Positions 18,194 through 25,862 of a stretch of 32,000 nt of DNA are shown in pieces (position 1 is the first letter of the stretch; each line of letters opens with the position of its first letter). The stretch is from assembly GCF_900115225.1 (NCBI RefSeq), contig NZ_FOVR01000001.1, positions 501,727 to 533,726 of the forward strand. The letters are read 5' to 3'. The notes under the pieces were generated by a model. The model was not told where the DNA came from and did not search any database. It worked only from the letters and a program-made list of their open reading frames with translations. The translations under genes and the position numbers were made by a program. Origin of the DNA: Cohaesibacter marisflavi (GTDB lineage Bacteria > Pseudomonadota > Alphaproteobacteria > Rhizobiales > Cohaesibacteraceae).

Positions 18194-18690
18194 TTTTCAA
18201 AATCAAACTTCGTTAAATATTCTACACCTGTCAAAGAACATTAGGCTTATCAAAACCACCCTTCCTAATTGTTTCCCTTGAAGGTATTCATGATATCACG
18301 CAAATCTTATGTTGTTGCACATATTTGAGCAAACACTATTGAGCTCTGTTGTAAAAAAGTCGCAAGGAATTTCATTAAAACACGTTGGGCGAAATGGTCC
18401 CGAAAAACAAGACAAAGCACAAACGTCGGCTATGAAATGATGTTGGTTTTGACATTAGCGGTAGCACAATTAGGAAACAAATTTACCATTTGAGGCCAAG
18501 TAAATTTGCAACAGAGTCCGATTGGCCGCTTCCGCCTGCGGCATTAGAGATCTCGCACCAGCGTAAGATAATCGCTTTCCGCCCCTTTTGCAAAACAACC
18601 TTCTGAAGGCTCGAATTTCTACTCATATCGAAAGCTCGCATGCAGTCAGATCGTGATCTCTCTTAACTCTCACTTTTCAACCACCACAAT

Positions 18691-18736
18691 CCATCCCTTA
18701 CCCTCGTGTTGATCGAAACCAACTGAGGGTCTTTTC
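18691..18736 (+). promoter_or_regulatory. Conserved 5' leader hairpin (copy A) sequestering the SD sequence of the DUF2793 gene
   Basis: ACCCTC at 18700-18705 pairs with GAGGGT at 18725-18730, and GAGG is the SD 8 nt before ATG 18737. By-eye alignment gives 38/49 identical positions with copy B at the same spacing to the start codon. Confidence 0.5.
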
Positions 18737-19723
18737 ATGTCGGCTACAGCGCTCTTGGCTTTGCCCTATATTGCAGCCAATCAGAATCAGAAACACGTGA
18801 CCCATAATGAAGCCTTGCGGATGTTGGATGCGCTTGTGCAGCTATCCGTATTGGATCGCGATTTGACAGCGCCACCCGATACGCCAAGCGATGGCGCGCG
18901 TTATATCGTGGCTGATGGGGCAACTGATGCATGGGCCGGATGGGATGGCAGCGTTGCCGCTTATCAAGATGGGGCGTGGGTTGAATTTGTGCCTTTGCCG
19001 GGGTGGCTGGCCTGGGTATCCGATGAAAGCAAACTCCTTTGCTATGATGGGGCTGACTGGGTTGATTTCCTTTCTGCTGGCCTTGGTACGGCTTTGGGGA
19101 ACGGCTCTTTTGACAAGATCGGGGTGAACGCCTCGGCAGACGCAACCAACCGCCTAGCGCTTTCCTCGGCGGCTAGTCTTTTCAATCACGCTGGAAACGG
19201 CCATCAAATCAAGGTCAATAAAGCGGCGGGGGCTGACACAAACAGCCTGTTGTTCCAAACCAATTGGTCTGGCCGCGCTGAAATGGGCTGCGCGGGCAAT
19301 GATGATTGGTCCATCAAAGTGAGCGCGGACGGGACAAGCTGGCTTACGGCTCTTTCTATCGATAGCGCAACCGGCCTTTTGAAAGGCCTTAATTGGGTTG
19401 GTGATGTTGTCGACGGTGGGCTAGGGGCTGTCATTGAAAGCGGAAGTAACGCAAACGGAACCTATGTTCGTTTTGCTGATGGATTGCAAATCTGCACGTC
19501 TTTGGTGACGTCCAGTGACAGCACTTATGTCATTTGGACCTATCCGGCTGAATTCTATGGTGCGGCTGAAAATGTGATGATGACAGCGCGGGGCTTGACG
19601 CCTTATCACGCGCAGCCCAACGGCTCGGGCTCAACGGCAACCATTGCCGTGAATTGTTGGGATCTGAGTGGCACGCGCGTTGAAACTGACATTACCGTTT
19701 TTGCAATTGGGCGTTGGAAATAG
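18737..19723 (+). CDS. DUF2793-like phage/GTA tail-fibre or spike-like protein, copy 1
   Basis: The N-terminal LPYI...Q.QKHVTHNEAL..LD.LVQL.V.DRDL..PP motif and Y.DG.W.F.P..GW pattern are present. It follows the tail genes. Its paralogue is at 28017-29003. Confidence 0.75.
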   Translation: MSATALLALPYIAANQNQKHVTHNEALRMLDALVQLSVLDRDLTAPPDTPSDGARYIVADGATDAWAGWDGSVAAYQDGAWVEFVPLPGWLAWVSDESKLLCYDGADWVDFLSAGLGTALGNGSFDKIGVNASADATNRLALSSAASLFNHAGNGHQIKVNKAAGADTNSLLFQTNWSGRAEMGCAGNDDWSIKVSADGTSWLTALSIDSATGLLKGLNWVGDVVDGGLGAVIESGSNANGTYVRFADGLQICTSLVTSSDSTYVIWTYPAEFYGAAENVMMTARGLTPYHAQPNGSGSTATIAVNCWDLSGTRVETDITVFAIGRWK

Positions 19724-19731
19724 AGGCTATC

Positions 19732-20079
19732 ATGCAAATCAATCTCATCCCACAAAGGCGCGATGATGCGCTTGAATTGTCTTTTGCCGATGATGTGTTG
19801 ACCATCAACGAGGATGCTCTGGACTTGTCGAGCATTCCAGCCGGGGCAACCTTGCCGATCGATGCGGTGGATTGTAAATGGCTGACCTCGGATATCGAGC
19901 GCGACGCGGACGGGGTGCTTTCCCTCTCTCTCATTTTGCCGCTTGGCTTCATTCCCGACCCGACAACAGACGAAGCAAAAGCGGTGCTCTATCCCGATCC
20001 TTTGGAGGTGACCGAAGAGGGCGCAATCACATTACCAAGCTATGAAGCAACGGGGGCAACAGATGACAATAACGGTTGA
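19732..20079 (+). CDS. Small conserved partner of the DUF2793 protein, copy 1 (115 aa)
   Basis: ATG at 19732 follows AGAGG. The N-terminus MQINLIPQRRDD matches MKINLVPQRRDD in the paralogue at 29013-29342. Confidence 0.65.
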   Translation: MQINLIPQRRDDALELSFADDVLTINEDALDLSSIPAGATLPIDAVDCKWLTSDIERDADGVLSLSLILPLGFIPDPTTDEAKAVLYPDPLEVTEEGAITLPSYEATGATDDNNG

Positions 20080-20488
20080 TCTAAGCCAGCTTGTCACGGC
20101 TGAAACCAAGGCCAGCACGGCGCTTGAAGCGGCAAAGGCCAAAGCCCTTGCCACGGTGACCGACCAAATCAGCGCCGCGCGGGGCGTGCTGATGACTGAC
20201 TTGATTGGTCAAGAGATGATCTATCTGGCCAAAGAGCAAGAGGCGAAAGACTGGCAGGCCTCGGAGTCGCCAGACCTTGCCGATTTTCCGCTTATGTTTG
20301 CTGAGGTGGGCATAACCGCCAGCACGGCGGATGAGCTGGCCACGGTTTGGCTCACGATGGCCAACCAATGGCGACAAACGGCGGCAAGCCTTGAAGCGAT
20401 CCGGCTTAAATCAAAAAGCGATATCAAAAGCGCGGCGAGCGCTGAAGCGGTGCAAAGTGTGGTTGATGCCATCGAGTGGCCTGCTTAA
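20063..20488 (+). CDS. Hypothetical phage protein, possibly a tail-fibre assembly (DUF4376-like) protein
   Basis: 141 aa. It overlaps the previous gene by 17 nt. It is Ala-rich and helical, with an EQEAKDW...P...FA...G.....ELA pattern reminiscent of fibre-assembly proteins. Confidence 0.45.
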   Translation: MTITVDLSQLVTAETKASTALEAAKAKALATVTDQISAARGVLMTDLIGQEMIYLAKEQEAKDWQASESPDLADFPLMFAEVGITASTADELATVWLTMANQWRQTAASLEAIRLKSKSDIKSAASAEAVQSVVDAIEWPA

Positions 20489-20516
20489 GCGAGCCTGAGA
20501 AATCAACCAAGCCAAA

Positions 20517-20562
20517 CCGGCCTTTACCCTCGGATTGATCAAATTCAACCGAGGGTATTTTT
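20517..20562 (+). promoter_or_regulatory. Conserved 5' leader hairpin (copy B) sequestering the endolysin SD sequence
   Basis: ACCCTCGG at 20526-20533 pairs perfectly with CCGAGGGT at 20549-20556. The geometry matches copy A. Confidence 0.5.
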
Positions 20563-21312
20563 ATGTCTAAAAAGGAAATCAAGGCCATCCAGAAGGCACT
20601 CAAGGCAAAGGGCTTTTATAGCGGTGCAATCGACGGATTGTGCGGGCGGCTGACCAACCGGGCAATCATCGCTTTTAAGAAGTCAATTGGCTATCGGGCG
20701 CGCGCTTATGTGGGGCCGCTCACAAAAGCCGCTCTGTTTGACGGGCGCGTCGACATGGTGACTGCAGGCCGGACCAAACGAGAAAAGGCCATTGCGGCGC
20801 TGGATGAACCAAAGTGGCTTCAGGTGGCGCGATCCTATCTGGGCTTGCGCGAATATAAGGGCAACCGGCATAACCCGAAAATTCTGGAATGGTGGCTTAA
20901 AATCCGTATGCCGTTCACCGATGATGAGACGCCATGGTGTGCGGGCTTTGTTGGCGGGGTGCTGGAAGAATGCGGGATCCGCTCGACCAGATCGGCGGGC
21001 GCTCGCTCTTACCTCTGGCAGAATTGGGGCTTGCGGCTGAGTGGGCCTTGTGTGGGCGCTGTGGTGGTGTTCTGGCGGGGAAGCAAGACAGGCTCAAAGG
21101 GGCATGTTGGCTTTGTGGTCGGACGTGATCAGCATGGCAATCTGATGGTGATCGGCGGCAACCAGGGGGACGCGGTGACAATCCGGCCATTCTCGACAGA
21201 CCGCGTCTTGTCCTATCATTGGCCTGAAGATGATATCCCATATAGTGGGGGCGGCTTTGATAGCTTGCCGCTTGTCAACTCGGATGGAACGCTTTCAACC
21301 AACGAAGCGTAA
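20563..21312 (+). CDS. Endolysin: N-terminal peptidoglycan-binding domain plus C-terminal CHAP/NlpC-P60-like (TIGR02594-like) amidase domain
   Basis: IQ.AL...G.Y.G.IDG..G..T..AI..F is a PG_binding_1-type repeat. The C-terminal half has PWCA.FV and GHVGFVVG motifs (Cys and His of a cysteine peptidase). Confidence 0.8.
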   Translation: MSKKEIKAIQKALKAKGFYSGAIDGLCGRLTNRAIIAFKKSIGYRARAYVGPLTKAALFDGRVDMVTAGRTKREKAIAALDEPKWLQVARSYLGLREYKGNRHNPKILEWWLKIRMPFTDDETPWCAGFVGGVLEECGIRSTRSAGARSYLWQNWGLRLSGPCVGAVVVFWRGSKTGSKGHVGFVVGRDQHGNLMVIGGNQGDAVTIRPFSTDRVLSYHWPEDDIPYSGGGFDSLPLVNSDGTLSTNEA

Positions 21313-21388
21313 GAAGATATCAACGGGGCGGGAAGCCGTGAGACTCTTTGTGGGAAGGTTTTTACAACTCACAAAAGGAGCAAGTTTC

Positions 21389-21868
21389 ATGACTTCCCGA
21401 CTTTCATTTTTTCCAGCCCTTGCCATTGGCCTTGCCTTGGCTTGCATGTGCGCGGCACCGGCCAGCGCGGCAACTATCGACTTTTCCCCTCTCACCTCCC
21501 TTGCAAATGATGTCATGCAGACTGTTGTCAGCCTGTTGGCCTCTGTGATCGTCGGCGGGGCTGCGTGGGCGGCAAAACGCTGGTTTGGCCTACAGGTGGA
21601 CGCCAAACAGCGCGAAAGCCTGCACGGGGCCATTGAGCGCGGTATAAGCAGCGCCCTTGATGCCGCTCTTAAAAGGCTGGATGGCAAAACCACCCTTGAA
21701 ATTGACAATGAGGTGATCGCGCAAGTCGCAAACTATGTGGTCAAGCTGAGCCCTGACGCGGTGAAATACTTCAAGCTGACACCGGACAAGCTGGCCGATC
21801 TGATCACGGCGAAACTCGGTGAGCGTTTCTTGCTCGATGCGGACATTGTCGCGCAGCCAAGCGCATAA
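21389..21868 (+). CDS. Holin-like or lysis-associated membrane protein
   Basis: ATG at 21389 follows AAGGAG at 21375-21380. It has a hydrophobic signal-like N-terminus (ending APASA) and a second TM segment (VVSLLASVIVGGAAWAA). It lies between the endolysin and the spanins. Confidence 0.45.
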   Translation: MTSRLSFFPALAIGLALACMCAAPASAATIDFSPLTSLANDVMQTVVSLLASVIVGGAAWAAKRWFGLQVDAKQRESLHGAIERGISSALDAALKRLDGKTTLEIDNEVIAQVANYVVKLSPDAVKYFKLTPDKLADLITAKLGERFLLDADIVAQPSA

Positions 21869-21886
21869 TCAGGGAGGGCTGGCGGC

Positions 21887-22108
21887 ATGTGGGAATGGAT
21901 CATAGGCGCGTTGCTTGGCTTTCTGGGTGAGCTTTTGCGCTCACTCTATGCCGACTATACCGCCAGCCAATCCAACGAAGAGATTGGCCAGCTCAAAGAG
22001 CAAAAGGCCAATCTTGAAAAGCAACTCATTATCAGCAAACAGGCGCAAGCCATAAGGGACAAGGTGAATGCGGAAACTGACCTTAACGTTCTTATTGACG
22101 GGCTTTAG
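21887..22108 (+). CDS. Putative i-spanin (Rz-like): N-terminal TM plus coiled coil
   Basis: 73 aa. TM segment WEWIIGALLGFLGELL, then a charged coiled region. AGGGAGGG lies 8 nt upstream. Confidence 0.5.
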   Translation: MWEWIIGALLGFLGELLRSLYADYTASQSNEEIGQLKEQKANLEKQLIISKQAQAIRDKVNAETDLNVLIDGL

Positions 22109-22346
22109 CCTGTTGCTGGCGGGCTGTGCTTCGCAGACCATCACGATAGACAGCCTGTGCGAAGCAAAGGCCGTGCCTGTCTCGCCAGAAATCAAGGAGC
22201 AATTGCGCGCCTGGCTAACGCCTGAAGGCAAACTCAAAGCCGATGCACCCAAGGGCGCGGCGGCATTCCTTAAAAGCCTGCGGGCGAATAATGACCTTAT
22301 CAAAAGCAATTGCAGCAAAGGGGCAGGTGATGACGACCGAGATTAA
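22068..22346 (+). CDS. Putative o-spanin (Rz1-like) outer-membrane lipoprotein
   Basis: A lipobox (LLLAGC) follows a short signal peptide. The start overlaps the 3' end of the i-spanin gene by 41 nt in another frame. Confidence 0.55.
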   Translation: MRKLTLTFLLTGFSLLLAGCASQTITIDSLCEAKAVPVSPEIKEQLRAWLTPEGKLKADAPKGAAAFLKSLRANNDLIKSNCSKGAGDDDRD

Positions 22347-22521
22347 AGATTTGGTCTATATCGGGGGAATCGTTGTGGCCGTTGCGGGCTCTCACTTCAT
22401 GCTACGCGCCCGCGTCATGGTTCTGGAAGAACGCATCAAGGGCTATTCCGAGGCCATGAAACGCATTTTCGAAAGCCTGAGCCGCATCGAGGAAAAGCTA
22501 GACGGAAAAGCGGATAAGTGA
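22330..22521 (+). CDS. Small membrane protein (63 aa) with a C-terminal coiled coil; last gene of the lysis block
   Basis: ATG at 22330 lies inside the ORF-track ORF 22243-22521. TM segment VYIGGIVVAVAGSHFML is followed by a helical charged tail. Confidence 0.45.
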   Translation: MTTEIKDLVYIGGIVVAVAGSHFMLRARVMVLEERIKGYSEAMKRIFESLSRIEEKLDGKADK

Positions 22522-22634
22522 GGGAGGTAGGTGCAAAAAAGGTGTGCCGACTTTTGTGCGGAAGATATGCGCGGTCTGTTCTTCCCGTTCCGCTTTTTCC
22601 GGTAACTTACTCTATTGAATTATCAGAGAAATTT

Positions 22635-22708
22635 TGGCTGGGGATCCTGGACTCGAACCAGGACCGACGGAGTCAGAGTCCGCTGTTCTACCATTAAACT
22701 AATCCCCA
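22635..22708 (-). tRNA. tRNA-Gln (anticodon CUG), 74 nt with encoded CCA
   Basis: The reverse complement folds as a cloverleaf: acceptor TGGGGAT/ATCCCCA, anticodon stem GCGGA/TCCGT, loop CTCTGAC, T-arm CCTGG-TTCGAGT-CCAGG, discriminator G, then CCA. Confidence 0.9.
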
Positions 22709-23051
22709 GTACAATCAATGGCTTGCGCCAAAGCTTTAAAGAAGCGGTAGAACGTTGTTTTCAAACGTTGTGCGGGGTTTCTATCCCCCTCGTGGGCGGG
22801 CGTCAAGAGGGGTTTTTGAAAAAGATGTGACAGTGGACTGTTTTTGCTTTTTTCCCACAGGAGCTTCTATCTTGCCTCCAGCAAATAGGGCCAACGGCAA
22901 AATCATCACCACCCGTAAAAAGCGCAGGGAATGCGCAATAAGAGCGATTTGTGAAATGCAATTCGTGGCTTGCCCTTTGGCTTCAGACTGCTAGACTAGA
23001 GGGGACAACATAATTGAATCACAAGCTGCGCGCCGTGACTTGTCCTCATGA

Positions 23052-24992
23052 TTGCAGCGCAGCAGGAGACAGATATTGGCACAAGATGGTGGCGAGCCCC
23101 CAAACGGGGGTCGTGCATCTGCTGGCCTTAGACGTGTGCATAGAGGGAAGAGTGGATCTGAACGCAACAGATCCGCATCAGCCGGGGAAAAAAACACGGT
23201 ACCTGTCGGTATAGCTGGTGACGGGCCTGAGACATCAGGCAAAGCCCGTTCATCGCATAATACTGAGCAACAGGAGCACTCTGCTCATAGACAGGCAGAG
23301 GGCTCCAATGGTCAGCAGCAAAAGCGAAAAAGGCGTCGCTCACGCTCCCGCAAGAAAAGAGACAATGCTTCGGGAGCAGTGGGGGCGCAGGAGCGCCAGA
23401 ATACGCAGCCAGTGGCAAAACACTCTCATGGAACGGATGAAACCCGTTCCATGCAAGGGGAAACTGCGCCTGGAGTTTCATCTGATAAAGGGAATGCTTC
23501 AGGTAAGCAGACCGGTCGTTCGCAATCCGATGGGGATCAGGGCGAAAGCGGTCAGGTCCAATCGTCCGGTCAACCCAATCAGGGACGTAAATCCTCTCGG
23601 CGCAGAAAGCGTGGAGGCCGTGGGCATGATGCCGTAAGGGCTCCCAATATGGCGGCGCAGCGCAGCGAGGCACATTCCAGTGCGGTTCCTGTTCATGGCA
23701 ACAAGGCGACAGGCCAGCCTTCTGGCGTCAACAAGGCCGATGGGGCAAAGAAAGACGGCAGTGGGTCAAAAGCTGCAAGTGCTGTGCCTCGCCCAGCGCC
23801 GAAATCCCAAACAAGACCGCAGCCGTCGACGCATGTTCGCGCGCACCTTGCCTCTGGTGGTGAGCCTTATGCCGCTTTGGATCTTGGAACCAACAACTGC
23901 CGTTTGCTCGTAGCCGAACCTTATGGCCAAAGCTTTCGCGTTGTGGACGCCTTCTCGCGCATCGTGCGCCTCGGGGAAGGTCTGTCCCAATCCGGCCGTC
24001 TGAGCGAAGATGCGCAGGACAGGGCCATCGCAGCCTTGAAGGTGTGTCAATCCAAACTCAACTACCGATCTGTCAAGCGCTTCCGTCTGATAGCGACAGA
24101 AGCTTGTCGGCGGGCGACGAACGGAGGAGCCTTCCTTAATCGTGTCCACCGTGAAACGGGGTTGCGGTTGGAGATTGTGGATCGGGAAACAGAGGCGCGT
24201 CTGGCTGTTTCCGGCTGCGCATCACTGGTCCATCCCGAAGCCGATGGCGTTGTGCTGTTTGATATCGGAGGAGGATCGTCTGAAATCGTCTGGTTGGATC
24301 TAGATCCGCTTTCAGAAGAGGGCACCGTGCATCCTGGCGAAAAGCGCAATCGACAGACGCGCCGCGCCATGCGGCATCTGTCTGAGCGCATACGCTGCTG
24401 GGCTTCGCTTCAGGTTGGCGTTGTCACCCTGTCGGAGAAACATGGCGGCAAGGTCGTTACCCGCGCCCATTTTGAAACCATGGTGGAAGAAGTGCGCGGC
24501 ATGCTGGGTGATTTCGAAGAGCGTGATGCTCTTGCGAAGGCCATCGAGACCAAGCATATCCATATGCTCGGCACTTCGGGCACGGTAACTACGCTTGCCG
24601 GCGTGCATCTGGGGCTCGAGCGCTATGATCGCAGGCAGGTTGACGGCACTTGGCTGACAGCAACCGAATTGCGGGATATGATTGGGCGCGTACTTGATAT
24701 GAATTTTCAGGAGCGGATGAATAACCCGTGCATTGGTGCCGATCGGGCCGATCTGGTGTTGGCAGGCTGCGCCATTCTTGAAGCCTTTCATAGGGAATGG
24801 CCCTGCTCGCAACTGCGTGTTGCAGACAGGGGCTTGCGCGAAGGTATTCTGATGGAAATGATGATTGATGATGGCGTCTGGAATCCGCAGTCCAATCAGG
24901 CTAGCAAGAAGACATCGGGCAAGAAAAAACGTTCACGCCGCCGGGGCGGCCGTGGCCATCGCGGCGGTCATGGGCGCGCCAAAGCTACGTGA
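23052..24992 (+). CDS. Ppx/GppA-family phosphatase with a long basic low-complexity N-terminal extension (start uncertain)
   Basis: The core begins near residue 273 (YAALDLGTNNCRLLVAE, DIGGGSSEIVW). The frame is open back to TTG 23052, with in-frame ATGs at 23451 and 23649. The C-terminal tail is KKKRSRRRGGRGHRGGHGR. Confidence 0.8.
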   Translation: MQRSRRQILAQDGGEPPNGGRASAGLRRVHRGKSGSERNRSASAGEKNTVPVGIAGDGPETSGKARSSHNTEQQEHSAHRQAEGSNGQQQKRKRRRSRSRKKRDNASGAVGAQERQNTQPVAKHSHGTDETRSMQGETAPGVSSDKGNASGKQTGRSQSDGDQGESGQVQSSGQPNQGRKSSRRRKRGGRGHDAVRAPNMAAQRSEAHSSAVPVHGNKATGQPSGVNKADGAKKDGSGSKAASAVPRPAPKSQTRPQPSTHVRAHLASGGEPYAALDLGTNNCRLLVAEPYGQSFRVVDAFSRIVRLGEGLSQSGRLSEDAQDRAIAALKVCQSKLNYRSVKRFRLIATEACRRATNGGAFLNRVHRETGLRLEIVDRETEARLAVSGCASLVHPEADGVVLFDIGGGSSEIVWLDLDPLSEEGTVHPGEKRNRQTRRAMRHLSERIRCWASLQVGVVTLSEKHGGKVVTRAHFETMVEEVRGMLGDFEERDALAKAIETKHIHMLGTSGTVTTLAGVHLGLERYDRRQVDGTWLTATELRDMIGRVLDMNFQERMNNPCIGADRADLVLAGCAILEAFHREWPCSQLRVADRGLREGILMEMMIDDGVWNPQSNQASKKTSGKKKRSRRRGGRGHRGGHGRAKAT

Positions 24993-25123
24993 ATGCCTTT
25001 TTCTGACGACCATAAGCGCCTATATGGGTGCAAGACATAACAGGACGAAACGAATTGAAGCGGCCTCTGGACCCATCCAGATCTGCCGCCTTTTCGAAGA
25101 ACGCAACAATCGGAGCCTTGACG

Positions 25124-25855
25124 ATGGCTAAAAAATCCGGCGGTGGAGAAGGGCGTGACAGCCGCGGCCACCGCGTTGAGAAGGTAAGGGTTAAATCTGC
25201 TCGTGGTCGCAAGAGTTCGTCAACGCGCTGGTTGCAGCGTCAGTTGAACGACCCCTATGTGCAGCGCGCCAAGCTGGAAGGTTTCCGGTCGCGCTCAACT
25301 TTCAAATTGATCGAAATGGATGACCGCTTCCAGTTTCTGAAACCGGGCATGCGGGTGGTGGACCTTGGCTGTGCACCGGGTGGCTGGTGCGACATTGCTG
25401 CGCGTCGGGTGCAGTCCAACAGCGACAACCCGCTGGTGGTTGGTATCGACTATCTGGGTATGGATCCCTTGCCGGGTGTGACAGTGTTGCTCAAGGACTT
25501 TCTGGATGATGACGCTCCGCAGATGCTGATGGATGCGCTGGGTGGGCACAAGCCTGATATTGTCCTTTCTGATATGGCTGCACCAACGACCGGCCACCAG
25601 CAGACGGACCATCTACGCACCGTGCATCTGTTTGAAGTTGCAGCCCTATTTGCCAAGGAAAACCTTCGGCCAGGAGGCGTGTTCCTTTCCAAGGTGTTTA
25701 AGGGCGGCACCGAGCATGAAATGCTTGCAGAGCTGAAGAAGGACTATCAGTCCATCGCTCATATCAAGCCACCGGCAAGCCGCAAGGAAAGCCCTGAAAT
25801 GTATGTGTTCGCCAAGGGCTTTCGTGGTCAATCCGCACAGGATGACGAGGACTAG
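25124..25855 (+). CDS. rlmE: 23S rRNA (uridine-2'-O)-methyltransferase RlmE (FtsJ)
   Basis: [43 protein letters not shown] is closely similar to RlmE. ATG at 25124. Confidence 0.9.
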   Translation: MAKKSGGGEGRDSRGHRVEKVRVKSARGRKSSSTRWLQRQLNDPYVQRAKLEGFRSRSTFKLIEMDDRFQFLKPGMRVVDLGCAPGGWCDIAARRVQSNSDNPLVVGIDYLGMDPLPGVTVLLKDFLDDDAPQMLMDALGGHKPDIVLSDMAAPTTGHQQTDHLRTVHLFEVAALFAKENLRPGGVFLSKVFKGGTEHEMLAELKKDYQSIAHIKPPASRKESPEMYVFAKGFRGQSAQDDED

Positions 25856-25862
25856 GGCGCCC

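Larger units (their letters stand above)
13715..18690. other. Low-GC mosaic cargo island inserted in the tail module (candidate defence or moron island)
   Basis: Six ORFs, four of them antisense to the phage operon. By-eye GC falls from about 50% (left part) to about 37-40% (TIR gene) and about 27-30% (16.6-18.4 kb), against mid-50s % in the flanks. No mobility gene is present. Confidence 0.7.
18737..20079 (+). repeat. Two-gene module, copy 1, of a diverged dispersed duplication (DUF2793 plus partner)
   Basis: Collinear with 28017-29342. The nucleotide differences concentrate at synonymous positions. Confidence 0.8.
1..22634 (+). mobile_element. Phage-derived (RcGTA-like siphovirus) head, tail and lysis region; left end lies outside the window
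   Basis: Co-directional, translationally coupled genes in the order portal, protease, capsid, connectors, major tail, chaperone, tape measure, DUF2460, DUF2163, NlpC/P60, host specificity, fibre, lysis. The region ends next to the 3' end of a tRNA gene. Confidence 0.75.

Noticed and set aside
13715-18690. A search of the island flanks for direct repeats, integrase, transposase or tRNA fragments that would define a discrete mobile element.
   Set aside because: None was seen by eye, so the island is reported as cargo at a hotspot rather than as an IS, integron or integrative element.
22522-22634. A weak A/T-rich inverted repeat (GCAAAAAAG...CTTTTGTGC) after the last lysis gene, considered as the operon terminator.
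   Set aside because: The stem is imperfect and AT-rich with no clear U-tract, so it is not convincing.
22786-22817. A CCCCTC-(15 nt)-GAGGGG hairpin followed by TTTTT on the + strand, which looks like an intrinsic terminator.
   Set aside because: No + strand gene ends nearby. It sits upstream of the minus-strand tRNA and about 235 nt before the ppx/gppA frame, so its role as a terminator is unsupported. It is possibly a relic or part of the tRNA promoter region.
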